A stretch of DNA of 58,602 bases, filler included, from Sphacelaria rigidula (Eukaryota): the NCBI GenBank assembly GCA_964200075.2. It is 8 parts of 8 records of this genome, joined end to end, with 100 filler letters (N's around TTAATTAATTAA, not from the genome) between each part and the next. Parts side by side here need not be neighbours in the genome. Positions count along the whole stretch, not along the records: positions 1 to 7,239 come from CAXNAA020015815.1; positions 7,340 to 14,577 come from CAXNAA020015816.1; 6 more parts are not named here. One strand, 5' to 3'. The position numbers were made by a program, and so were the translations under genes. The notes under the pieces are model-generated. The model ran no database searches and was not told the origin of the DNA. It saw only the letters and a list, made by a program, of their open reading frames with translations. Positions 1 to 10,989 of this stretch are shown piece after piece (position 1 is the first letter of the stretch; each line of letters opens with the position of its first letter).

Positions 1-448
1 ACACAGTCACAGACACAGAAAATACAGACGTTGCTCAGCCAAGGCTCGACGTACCCCTACCACCTGCTGTGCAGCCATGACATACACAGCTCGTACACAA
101 GCCTGGCACAAGCCGAGAAAAGCCGTTCATGCACGTCCTGTACAGTACAGTACCTACTATCGTCATTACCCATCTGATCAGGGGGGTACCTACCCATCCA
201 AAATGGGGTACTCCCCCCCCACCCGTCGCTCAGAATGAGGTTTTCGGGAATTGGGGGCGGTGAATAACGTATTCCAGTCTGTAAGGCCCCTTGAGTAGTG
301 CTGTGGAATCTGAAGGGCTGCTTTTATTGCATTATGCCGCATAACTGTGCACAGCAGCAGTCGGTAATGTTTTGTGCCGCAGCCCCACGTACCGTCTACA
401 GCGTACTAGATCCTACAGTGTTGCACGTGTTGAGGGTCGCAGCTTCAC

Positions 449-600
449 TTGGGCCATTGTTACTGAGAATGCTCACTGGGCAACACGATCCGCCGGCATT
501 GAGTCCAGCACGTGTCGCGATCATCAGCGCAATATCAATTGGGCGATTGGTACTGAGAACTCTCACTATGCAACACGATCCGCTGACATTGAGTCGCGGG
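449..600. repeat. Two diverged tandem copies (90-bp period) next to the left LTR-like repeat
   Basis: TTGGGCCATTGTTACTGAGAATGCTCACTGGGCAACACGATCCGCC at 449 recurs as TTGGGCGATTGGTACTGAGAACTCTCACTATGCAACACGATCCGCT at 539. Confidence 0.7.
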
Positions 601-685
601 CAGTACATTGCTCTACCCTCTCCGGCAGGCGCCGAGATCTCCAGGACAAATGAAAGCTCATTCGCCGACCGTCGTGCGTGGCGTC

Positions 686-797
686 TATTTGATAAAGGGA
701 TGTTCCCGTAGGGGACGCGCTCTGGACAGGGGAATGTGTATACCTTATTCTTGTATTAAACTCTTATAACCTTCACTCACCACACATCAATCGTGTA
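686..797 (-). repeat. Short LTR-like direct repeat, copy 1 (partner at 5711-5822)
   Basis: About 110 bp near-identical to 5711-5820 (TATTTGATAAAGGGA...CACACATCAATCGTG). On the minus strand it is preceded by a purine-rich tract (GGATAAAAGGGATGG), a possible PPT. Confidence 0.7.
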
Positions 798-964
798 ACC
801 ATCCCTTTTATCCGCTCACCTGACGCGCTCCGCAGTAGAGGCCGAAAGGAAGCGGCGGGGCGCCGGGGCAAGAGTGCGCAAGGATTTGCAGTATCGGACT
901 GCGACTACTCCATCAACATAGCAATGAAGGAGGAGCGTCCGCCGCATGAACCTCACCTAGTGTA

Positions 965-1891
965 GTGCAATCTACTGCATCGGTATCCTCGCGTGATACA
1001 GTAAGGAAGCCCCCGGATGTTTTGTCTGCGAGTGGTACTATCGATCCATCCAGTAGATTTTCCACAGGATTGACTGCTGTTCCAGGTTTGTACTTGCCGA
1101 ATCTACTGCTGAGCCAGGAAGATGTGATTTTTACATGTGGTCCCCCAGAGTTTTCCCCTCGGATTCTAAGCCTTCAGGAATTGAGTAAGGAAGAGATTTT
1201 GGATTTGGCACTTGCAGTTATAGCACCCAGCCGCCGACTCTCCGCTGTCGGTAAGCACCAACAAACATTGAACATCAACTACTTTCACGTATCCCTCTAC
1301 CACGCTCATGAGACCATTCTCCGAGCGACCACCGCCCAATGGGGCATTACTCTCACAGAGCAGCTGGCGCCGTGCGCAGGATGTGTGGAGTCAAAAAGGC
1401 GACGCGCTGGGATCCCACATTTAAGTACTCGGTCACCCATGGTCCTCGGCATCGTCCACCTCGATCTCACAGGACCACATGAACGGACACTGGGCGGGTC
1501 ACTATATATGCTCGCCTGTGTGGATAGTAAGTCTCGCTCCATAATGTTTTGCGGTTTGGCGAGGAAGGCACACGCTTTGGCAAAAGTGAAGGGATACATG
1601 GCCGCCGTCAACGAGTTCGGTGTTCCTCGGTGCTTCCGCATCGACAACGGGGGTGAGTTCCGTTCGCAAGACTTCATCGATTTTTGTGACGAGGTACGGA
1701 TTCGTCGCGAGTGTACAGCGCCCGAAACCCCGAAGCAAAACGCTGCGGCCGAGAGCGCAATCTGGTGCATGATGAAGGCTGGTCACGCTGCGCGATGTGA
1801 AGCTCCGCGCCTCTTCCCCGCTGAGGTTTTCACGGCCATCCCCGGACTCGGTGGCACCTTGGATAGACTCTGGTTGGAGTCCGCGGTCTGA
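965..1891 (+). pseudogene. Ty1/copia GAG-pre-integrase plus integrase core (rve)
   Basis: HHCC zinc motif (FHVSLYHAH...CAGC), VHLDLTGP, FRIDNGGEF and TAPETPKQNAAAE match the copia DDE integrase; ends in a premature stop. Confidence 0.9.
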
Positions 1892-2035
1892 GGCGCAAAT
1901 GGCTTCAACCACTCCGCCACGATGGCCAACCCTGGGAGGATCCCGCCGTGCCAGGTCTTCACCGGCCGTGCCCCTCCTCTTCAGATCGTTCCCTTCCTCT
2001 AACCTGGAATGATGAGGAGCACATGACGTTCCAAG

Positions 2036-2227
2036 ATGGACCCGCAAGCCGTCAAGTGCTACTATCTCAACAACGGGTGCAACCACTCATCCTCAACAGT
2101 TAAGGTCATCAAAGGCTCCACCGGCGCCGTCTGCTATACCAACAACGTAGTCTGGATAGTGCCCCGCCTACCACTCCAACCATCAGCGCCGCTCGACGGA
2201 AAGGGGGGGGGGACACGACAACACTGA
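2036..2227 (+). pseudogene. Copia post-integrase SH3-like segment (frameshifted continuation)
   Basis: KMDPQAVKCYYL...VKVIK...VCYTNNVVW resembles the copia integrase C-terminal SH3-like region. Confidence 0.65.
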
Positions 2228-2231
2228 GACT

Positions 2232-4034
2232 TCACCTCCAGCCGACGGCGCCAAATTGCCGCCGCCACACCTCCATAACCCCCCTTCCGTCGAGCGGTAA
2301 CGGCGGTGTTCGCAGAAGCTGTACACGCGGAACAGGTCGCATTGAAGACACACCATTTGCTCGGTAACCAAGCTGGATACCAACACCTGATGTGTCAGAC
2401 GGAACGCTTGTAGCGGAGGCGGACCGAACAAAGAAACCGATGGGGGAAGACACAACGCCTTCGGCGGAATTATGGTGTGAGCCAATACTGGGGGGTGAAT
2501 GAAAACCCACTATTTCCTCACTCGGGGGCTGTGGGGCGCTGATAGTAGCACACGAAGACAGGGGGGTTGCACCGACAGGGGTACAAGATACAGTACTCCG
2601 GGGAGCACTGATAGTATCACTCGCAGACAAAACATCCGGGGGGTTCCTTACAGGAGCACGCGAAGACTCCGCCGCAGTAGATTGCGCAACAGCAGGCGGG
2701 GTTGCACCGACAGGGGTACAAGACACAGTACTCCGGGAAGCACTGATAGTATCACTCGCAGACAAAACATCCGGGGGGTTCCTTACAGGAGCACGCGAAG
2801 ACTCCGCCGCAGTAGATTGCGCAACAGCAGGCGGGGTTGCACCGACAGACGCACACGCAGACACAGTATTCGGGGGCCGACTACAAGATCCTACAGTCAC
2901 ATGGCGTGCATGATTCCCCGGGGAACATTCTACGATAGAATTCCGGAATTCAGATTCATCGCAACTAGTCCCGGCAGCTGCCGTTGAAGAATCTACGGTA
3001 GTACGTGAAGACTCTACAGTTTTGGGGAGATCTGACTCTTTATTGGTACGTGTATCTGACGTTACACTGGCTGGCGAGTCCACAGGAGGTGTATGTGACC
3101 GTACAATGTAGGGCGAAATCACAGTACTTGAGGGAGTCGAAACTACAGTACTCGAGGGATCAGACTTACTAACGTTGTACGGGCGAAGACGCTTCGCTAT
3201 CTTTGATGAAATTTCCGATTTGCGGTCAATTCGTAATCTGCCACTGAACAAATGTATTCCAGTGGAATTCAAAGCGATATCCTGCCGCTCCTGCATGTGG
3301 TGAAGGGAGAAAATATTAAACTTGACACCCTCCACGATGTAGACATCGGTCAACTGTATTCGGAAGTCACTTGGCGGGACTGAGACATCCAAAGATCTCA
3401 TGTGGAATGTCAAGTTCAAGTTACCTACTGCCTTCACAGGAAGTCTGGTCCCGTTACCCATCACGAAATATTCCATACCCTGAGGAGGGGGTCGTAAATC
3501 AAAAACGTCATCTACACTACCCGTGACATGAACCGTAGTACCTGTATCCGCGAGCCATTCCTCTGCATGATCATCTTTACCAGATACAGTACCACCACCC
3601 GGTACATCATACCTACGTGGATCGTAATCACAAAGCCGAAGCCGAGACTCGCCTGCGGGCATGGTATGCGCCATGAATAGCCGTGGATGTTCCCCAATAT
3701 GCGGATCGGGAGAGGCAGCAGATGTAGCGGGGGGGGCTTCCGGCTGTTGATGCTGCTGCTGTTGGTCGTGATGTGGATCTGCGGTGTGGTATTGTTGTTG
3801 ATGATGGCTGTTGTCCGGGCGAGGATAGTAGTAAGAGTAATGGTCTTGGCTCGGCGGGTGATACTGTTGAGAATGTTGCTGTTGGGGCTGTGTTCGGTAT
3901 GGCGACTGCTCATGACTCGGCATGTAATGGGCATATCCAGCATCACTGAAGCCGTCCCTGCCCAGTCGGGTAAAATCTCCGTCAGTGATCAGGAGCCCAC
4001 TCCACTGTACAAGGTTTGCACGCGAGTGAGACAA
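2232..4034 (-). pseudogene. Copia gag C-terminal low-complexity region plus aspartic protease plus S/T/P-rich repeat linker
   Basis: EEWLADTGTTVHVT...VMGNGTRLPVKAVGNL...LTDVYIVEGVKFNIFSL is a copia-type protease, preceded by a Q/H-rich segment. Confidence 0.85.
2562..2850 (-). repeat. In-frame 135-bp (45-aa) tandem repeat, about 2.2 copies
   Basis: VGATPPAVAQSTAAESSRAPVRNPPDVLSASDTISA[S/P]RSTVSCTP repeated; DNA units start near 2562, 2697 and 2832. Confidence 0.9.
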
Positions 4035-5458
4035 CCTAGAATATCGGGAGTCGCTGAAGTGGTGAGGACCGTTGGTGTGGTGGTTACGTTGGGGTGGTGT
4101 CCCCCGTGATGCGGGGCACGCTGGTCTCGGTTGGGATATCGATTGCCATGTCGGCTATCAACAGGACTGCGTCCGTCGCCTCGTGTGCGAAAGATCGTGC
4201 AATTGGGAACATTGCATGATGAGGGTTGAGAGGTTGGATTCGGGTTGTGGCCGTTGTGTGGGTCATGTGGGGATGTAAAATGTGAGCGGGAGTAAGGCCT
4301 TGGCGACGGTTCATGGTCATAGTGATGGTGTGAAGTAGAATTTCCAGTTGGGTCAGATCCACACTCCCGGCAGTGGTGGTTCCACCTGCCCCCCCTGCCT
4401 CCGCGTCGCCTACCCGATACGTCACAGTGGGATACATTTCGAGCTACAGCGGACAAGGCATGATTAGTCGGAGAGTCTATCCTGCTGCTCGACAGTTCCA
4501 ACTCTGCGTGTGCAGTTTTCACCGTTCGGTGAAGGGTCTCAGTATCGATATCTGGCATGGCGAGGAGAATTCCTCTCTGGATCTGATACTCCGATGACAG
4601 CCTGCGTGCGTAATGTCTGTTTGCATCAGACTCCGAAATTACATGACCAAAATGGTGTCTCTTCTGGCGGATCAAATTCGCCCTATTTTGGAACACCAAA
4701 GGGCTTTCGCCCGGGGACATCTGCAGGCATGACCATTCGTGCTCAAGACGCGCCTTCTAAGTGGTAGGCGAAACGGTATAGTACTGAACAAAATAATCCC
4801 AAGACTCACTAGGCGAACCAAGCATCGCAAAGTTTTCTACCATTACGGGAGCGGTGATTTTTCCGAGGAGTATATCGTGGGCACCTTGAGCTTCCTGTAC
4901 TACCCCGAACCCATGCTGCCTCATCAACTCTTCTTCTCTTCCATGAAACACTCGAATGGGGTCTTGAGCAAACAGAGCATCATAGCATTTCTCGGCACGA
5001 AAGTATTCGATCATCTGAACTTGAAACGCACGAAACTTGGACTTCAAATTTCCCCCTGCTTTTACTGTACCGTCCCATGGGTGGATGCTCGCATTGTTGC
5101 GTACTCTTACAAAGTTGGGTGGGACACGTTGCCCTCCCGTGAAGTTGTCGCTTCGGAACTCTGGAAAAAAACGTGGGTTGTTCTCCTGCTCGCGGTGTAC
5201 TGTACCCACCGTGGGATTACCTTGTGCGCCTGCGCCCAAATTCATATTCCCATCTCGTTCGTACTCCGCAATAGCATCGCGTTTTCCTGCCTCGATAAGC
5301 TCTATCTGTTTTTCTTCCATGATTCGTAGTGTTTCGGTCTGCTCTACCTCCATACGCCTGAGCTTTTCCGTTAACTCTTCAGTACTGTACTTCATGTTAG
5401 CCATGGATCGACTTGTATCGTCTACTGCTGTTACTTGTTGTTGAATTGTTTGTCTCAA
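3989..5458 (-). pseudogene. Copia gag (frameshifted: ORFs 4757-5458 and 3989-4720)
   Basis: FRAFQVQMIEYF...ESWDYF and MSPGESPLVF...RRLSSEYQIQRGILL fit the UBN2/Retrotran_gag_2-type copia gag pattern. Confidence 0.75.
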
Positions 5459-5710
5459 ACTTTCCGTGACCTCTCACTTGTTGACTCTCTTCCTCGTTGA
5501 GTCAAGCGCAATCAAATGCTGCTCTATTGTTCGAACTGTAACAAACGCTAACTGCGTAACTCTTTTTGAAGGCTCAAGCGCTAACTAGTGCTGCTGTATC
5601 TTGCCTCGAGCTGGCTCAAGCGCTATCAAGTGCTGCTAAAGTTTGCTCAAACTCGCCTCTTACTTCCCTGCTACTCCGGCTGCTGTCTACCCGTTTCAAA
5701 CTCGCTAGCG

Positions 5711-5822
5711 TATTTGATAAAGGGACGATCCCGTAGGGGACGCACTCTGGACAGGGGAATGTGTATACCTTCTTCTTGTATTTAACTCTTAAATCCTTCA
5801 CTCACCACACATCAATCGTGCA
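5711..5822 (-). repeat. Short LTR-like direct repeat, copy 2 (5' LTR of the minus-strand element)
   Basis: TG...CA bounded (5715-5822), near-identical to 686-797 and directly upstream of gag on the minus strand. Confidence 0.7.
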
Positions 5823-6107
5823 AGCTCCACCCGAGCTACTTTCTCCACCCGAAATGCAATGCCTAAAATGTACCCTAAAACACAACCGAGTACGGTAGGG
5901 AGGACCGCATATGGGTTCCCCCAATTGTTCCCACACCCAGTCATCCGTCAACGTACGCGATCCGATATCCATGATGCTTCGTCAATCTGCACCGCATGTA
6001 CCCGAATTAATCCAAGTTCACATGCACTATTATTGTTCAGCTCGACGATCGTCAATTAGCGTCAACTATTTGAAGAGAGCGACCAGGAATGTGTGAACCT
6101 ACGTTCC

Positions 6108-6199
6108 AGAGGTCCAGTACCTCAAACTCGAGGTTCCGGGTATATTTGAACGTAAATGACTGTGAAATATACAAGGAACCTCGAGTTTGAGACACCTCT
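6108..6199. other. Long stem-loop (inverted repeat)
   Basis: CTCAAACTCGAGGTTCC (6121-6137) pairs perfectly with GGAACCTCGAGTTTGAG (6175-6191); inner GTATATTT/AAATATAC and outer AGAGGT/ACCTCT extend the stem. Confidence 0.8.
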
Positions 6200-6918
6200 T
6201 CTAATTCCGAATCATTTCGACATCCGTTCTTTTCCCGAAAGGAATTCTCCACCCATCCTGACGTTCATAATCTCCGAGTAGAGGGGGGAATATAGAAATA
6301 TAGCGGATGGTGCTCTCACTTTCAAGACCAAAATATCGCCATATCGCGACCGGAGCGTGCATTAGCATCTATAGTTTATAATTACTGCGATTGTGATGCA
6401 GGTTCTCACGACCCATCCTCAACAATACCTGCTCCCGCAAAATTTCAAACCCCCTGCTCTCTCTTGCCGATACTGCTGAAATAGAACGGGGTGGTCTCCG
6501 CGACGCTAATTTTCTCGAATCTGCTTCTCGCTATGAACGTTTGATTCAGGGCAAATATGCAATTATTTCTGAGGGCAAGATGGCTGACACCATCACCATA
6601 GTTTTTCACGGTTCGGACGAATCATCGCCAGTTCGAATCACCGAATCAACGCTTTTTGCAGGTCTGGTTGCTCGAAAGAGAGAAAAATCTTGACCGCTGG
6701 TCGAAATGCTCTCCACGCAAATGTTGCGTCATTCCACGTGCCTGGGCAGCGCGTACCTGGGTTGCGATGCTGAAAAAAAAGCCTAGGGATTGATTCGTGC
6801 AGTACGAATCAATTACACTAAAACCAAGTAATATCCAGACGAATCGTTAACTAGTCCGACCCTTGTAATTTTTCGTTGGATTAGAGACCTTGACCACAGC
6901 GGGCGAATTATGACGATT

Positions 6919-7040
6919 GGTTTTGATTGATTGGTTGTCGCACTTTATGTAGGATGAAAACAAGTATCCCAATTACGGCGAGGGACCCATCGCCGGGGGG
7001 GAGGGGGAGGCGTCCCTACTTTTTGCTTGCTTTAGTCGTC
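6919..7040 (-). mobile_element. 3' end of a non-LTR retroelement with AAAGTGCGAC(AATC)n tail
   Basis: Minus strand reads ACGACTAAAGCAAGCAAAAAG..GACGCC, a C-rich run, then AAAGTGCGACAACCAATCAATCAA. Similar tails occur at 17245-17270 and 27923-27953. Confidence 0.65.
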
Positions 7041-7239
7041 CGGGAGGAGCGGGGCATTTTTCATGAGAGGTACCTCCCACGGTTGTGGTCATATGGCGCC
7101 GGATTGCACCGACACCAGAATAATGCACAGCCGACAACAAGCCGGCACACTAAGCCCCATCGATGCATACCCGAAAATGATCCGCATCGTCCACGTCTGA
7201 GAGTCGCCCACCGGGTACAAGGCATCCGGTTGTCGCCAG

Positions 7240-7339
7240 NNNNNNNNNNNNNNNNNNNNNNNNNNNNNNNNNNNNNNNNNNNNTTAATTAATTAANNNNN
7301 NNNNNNNNNNNNNNNNNNNNNNNNNNNNNNNNNNNNNNN
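7240..7339. other. Artificial contig-joining linker (N-TTAATTAATTAA-N)
   Basis: 100-bp N run with a six-frame stop cassette. Confidence 0.98.
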
Positions 7340-8759
7340 ACAAAGCCTAGGGATTGTTTCGTACGAGTCGAATCAGTTATACTAAAACCAAGTAATTTCC
7401 ACACGAATAGTTATTTGTCCGACCCTTGAAGTCTTGTTTCCGTTTTGGTTCACGTTAGGGCATAAAAGGAAAGCAGCTTGGGTGGGTTACCCGCAGCGTT
7501 GGAGCTGTGCTTTTAGCACCATTCCGCCTGCTGTATTTCGCGTTTCGTTATTGTTCCGTTGGATGTGCCGCAAAAAAGCAGGTCGAGCATACGCAGCAGT
7601 CGGTGTCATCATACCGTGTTGGATAAAAAGACGGCACAACGACACCTCCGTTAAATATTTTGCGCCACGTGCGATATCGAAAAATGTGGCACCTGTTTTT
7701 CACGGCGCGTTTGTTGGTCACCTGTGTCTGCCAACCGCTTCTTCCCTCGATCAACAGGAGGACGCAAAACGCAGAATCATCTTTGCTAAAACATTTCTTC
7801 GGTCGTAGGATATTGAGCTAAAGTTCATTTTGAAAGCCAATTTGTTACCCTGGGGGGGGCGCTTGTGTTTGGTGAATAAAAGTGGAGTCCGAGACATGGA
7901 GCCTAACTGGCAGCGACGTAAAACCCAAAAACAAAATCTAGAAAATAAACTATTCCCATGTTCTGGCGCGAAACACCCTCCAAGGAGTCAAATCCCGTTC
8001 ATCCCGAAGAAGAAAAAAACGTGCCGTGTGAACCCTTTTGAAAGGCCAAGGTTTTCGAGATATCTTTGCTTGCCAAGGAGGAAGCATTCATTCACACACG
8101 ATTTTTTTTTCTTCAAGATAAACATACAAGGCTCGCATTTGATCGGCGTCGGCTGGCCTCAAATCATACAGTGTACCAATTGGGTAGAGATGGACATTTC
8201 TTCTGCAGTATATACACGAATGGTCACAAAACATTATCCAATTCCACTCCTCCGCGATCCAAGTGATCGTTGCTAAAATATACTCTTTTCTTGCCCGTAT
8301 GGACTGCGACTAAAACACCCCAGCGGGATCCGCGGCCAACAACACAGCCATCAGCAGCGGCCCTCGCACCAGCACAGCAGCACCCTTTCCGAAATCTGCC
8401 GGCGGTGACGCGGAGCGGCCGTCGCCCGCCCAGATCGCGATCGCGTCGAAAGTAGCGTCGACCCGCTATTGCGACGTGCTCGGCAACGACAGGAGCTCTG
8501 GAGGAAAATTCGGTCGCCGCTATCACGGCCGCGGGGTCGAGGGGCGCGGGCAGGTGGGTGACGAGGGCCTGGCTTCTGTCCAAGCGCGGCAAAAAATGCA
8601 GGAAGACGTGTGCCTGGCCATGCTGATGTCGCAGCCGGCGGATTTCCTGAGGTGTGGCGACGACCGAGTACCTACTGTCGCGGTACCGCGGTATCCAACA
8701 TGTTGGATCCTACTGTACTGCTACCTTAGATGAAGCGCATTTGGGAAGGTGCGAAGTTT

Positions 8760-9560
8760 GAATGGACGAAACGCGGCACCCCCCGGCCCCCCCGGTCAGG
8801 GGGGGCAGGTCATTGAGTTGCGGGAGGTTCACTGTTATGAAAAATGGATGTAAACCCCTCGCAGTTCTCCCTACTGGATAGTTCGAGGGCTGGGGGATAT
8901 CTGCTCCGATACTAAATAAAAACCAGACCTAACCATGTAGTTTAGTTATGTTCACAACTTTTGAAGAAACCCAGCAAACAATCATCGTTTATGGTCCGCG
9001 ATATATTTGAGGGTTGAGAGGTGAACGTGTCCGTTCTAAAACGGTCGATAGTCTAACATGAAGCTCCTGTCGCGCGACCAGTGGGTAGTGCAACTAGCCC
9101 TTGCTGGTGCACGTTGTACTAGTGTGTAGCAATTGTGACATTATCTACTAGAATGTACACACCTCTTCGATTACCCGCTCCATATTACCGAAAGGAAATA
9201 ACACGATGAATCAAGAATGATCCACCATCAGTCATCAATAACTCAAGGTATGGGACCACTTACCCATGTTCACCCTGACTGGGGTGATCAATTCAACACT
9301 GCTACGATTGGGCAGCTACGGAGAGTGCTGCGAGACAAGATACCTGCACGAGGCCACCAGACGGACACTACACCATCTCCCGTTGTTTGTCCACTCTGCA
9401 CCTATCGACAATCACATTCCAACGCGGTTCGTCTGTCCGTGTATGTTATGACTACCATCAGACAAGGCTGCGTTTGTCTGGGCAGGGCTTCTGGTCTTGA
9501 GGGTCTACGGGTTCCACACATTCCTTTTGCCGATATATATCGAGAAGAAACCGACCAGGC
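8760..9560. repeat. Old dispersed repeat, copy A (homologous to about 11500-12300)
   Basis: Shared collinear anchors GGTCAGGGGGGGCA.GTCATT, GGCCACCAGACGGA and GGGTTCCACACATTCCTTT.GCCG. Confidence 0.65.
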
Positions 9561-9972
9561 GGTTGGCTGGTACTGAACAACGGAAGTAATAACTGTAGAC
9601 ATTATGCACTATGCTAGCATGGAAGCCAGACAACGTGTGAATGAATTGGGGAATGCGCGTGAGTCTGGAGTATGCGTGCGTTATACAATAATAGGCTCAC
9701 CTACAAGCAGGCAGGAAATCACGACATACAGGGAAACATGATGTTGCATGAAGCTAGGGGGGGTATCACCTGCGGCCACGTAAAATGCCATGTTGTGCTA
9801 TGCTTGCTTTCTAGCCGTGACAGGTCAAATCTTGTCGTGTAGACCTGAATGAGTAGAGTCACGGTGGATGCTAGGATTGCATGACTCTCTAGACTGCTTT
9901 ACTACATTTTTCCATGCAACAGCTGCTGCGTGCTTCCTGCTATGTGATGCAGCTGAAAAGAGCAACACCACA

Positions 9973-10082
9973 CATGGGTGGCCACTGGGATGCCTGCAAC
10001 CTCAAATTTGGACGTTACAGACCTTGTGCAACGTCTGTAGCGCCCGAATTTGAGGTTGCAGGCACCCCGGTGGCCACCCGTG
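9973..10082. other. Near-perfect 110-bp hairpin with almost no loop
   Basis: CATGGGTGGCCACTGGGATGCCTGCAACCTCAAATTTGGACGTTACAGAC pairs with GTCTGTAGCGCCCGAATTTGAGGTTGCAGGCACCCCGGTGGCCACCCGTG. Confidence 0.9.
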
Positions 10083-10989
10083 CACTATGCCGTCTTCACC
10101 CATCAAGCTTTTGCTTACTGCATTTACCACACGGGAGTTTTCATCACGTTTGCACACCAGAAACGGGAGGGTGTATACAGACAAGGTTGACAGTAAATAT
10201 CAGTTGAACTCTTACTAATTCGAGTATAATCTATCTTCGTGCGCCGCTGGACGGACTAACGTTAGACTTGTTCACAACTGACGCTGCTGTTGCTGTACGC
10301 TATGATTTGTGGAGTTTCATACAGCTGACTGAAATGGAACCACGGTACAATAATATATATGCTGCTCCACACATACTCAAACTCGACAAGGCCCGCTGAA
10401 TTCAAAATCGCTTGTGTCTCCACACATTGAGTTGCGATAACACCCTTGGGTTTTACGACATGCTACCGTTTTATCTATTGTGATGCTGTTACAATATGGC
10501 TGTGCGAGATGACGGTACTGACTGATTACGGCCTGCACCATCTCCTCGATGAAATCGTTCACTTTGTACTCAGTCTAACTGTGCATGAGTAATGTGCTTT
10601 CACTATGGGAACGAAACTGTTCCGAATCACCATCGAATATCCAATGTCGGACTATGAATGCGGAAGAACCTATGCCGTTTACTGTCTATTCGAGACTATA
10701 TACTGTGGGGACACATGAGGTAGTAATGGCCGTGTTGCCTGAGTGAAACTACTCAACGCGATATCAACCAGCAGATGGGAGGTAACGAACTGCCTGCGGA
10801 AAAGATACACAGGAGCTATCAAGATGTTGTCGGCTACAACTAGTAACGAGTACAGCATATACTTCTAGGAACGCGAACCACTTGCTAGAGAATCTCATGT
10901 ATGGCCACGGATGCAACGGTGAAAGAATGTCATTTTTACTCTCTATATACTTCACAAATTCACGAAAGTACTCGTGTGACCGTAGTGCC

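Larger units (their letters stand above)
686..5822 (-). mobile_element. Rearranged non-autonomous Ty1/copia LTR retrotransposon (gag-protease on -, integrase on +, no RT/RNase H)
   Basis: Terminal ~110-bp direct repeats enclose gag, protease and integrase coding remnants; no RT motifs are visible. Confidence 0.75.

Noticed and set aside
7284-7295. TTAATTAATTAA as a biological motif or regularly spaced repeat
   Set aside because: It is embedded in Ns at fixed spacing; an assembly linker with stops in all six frames.
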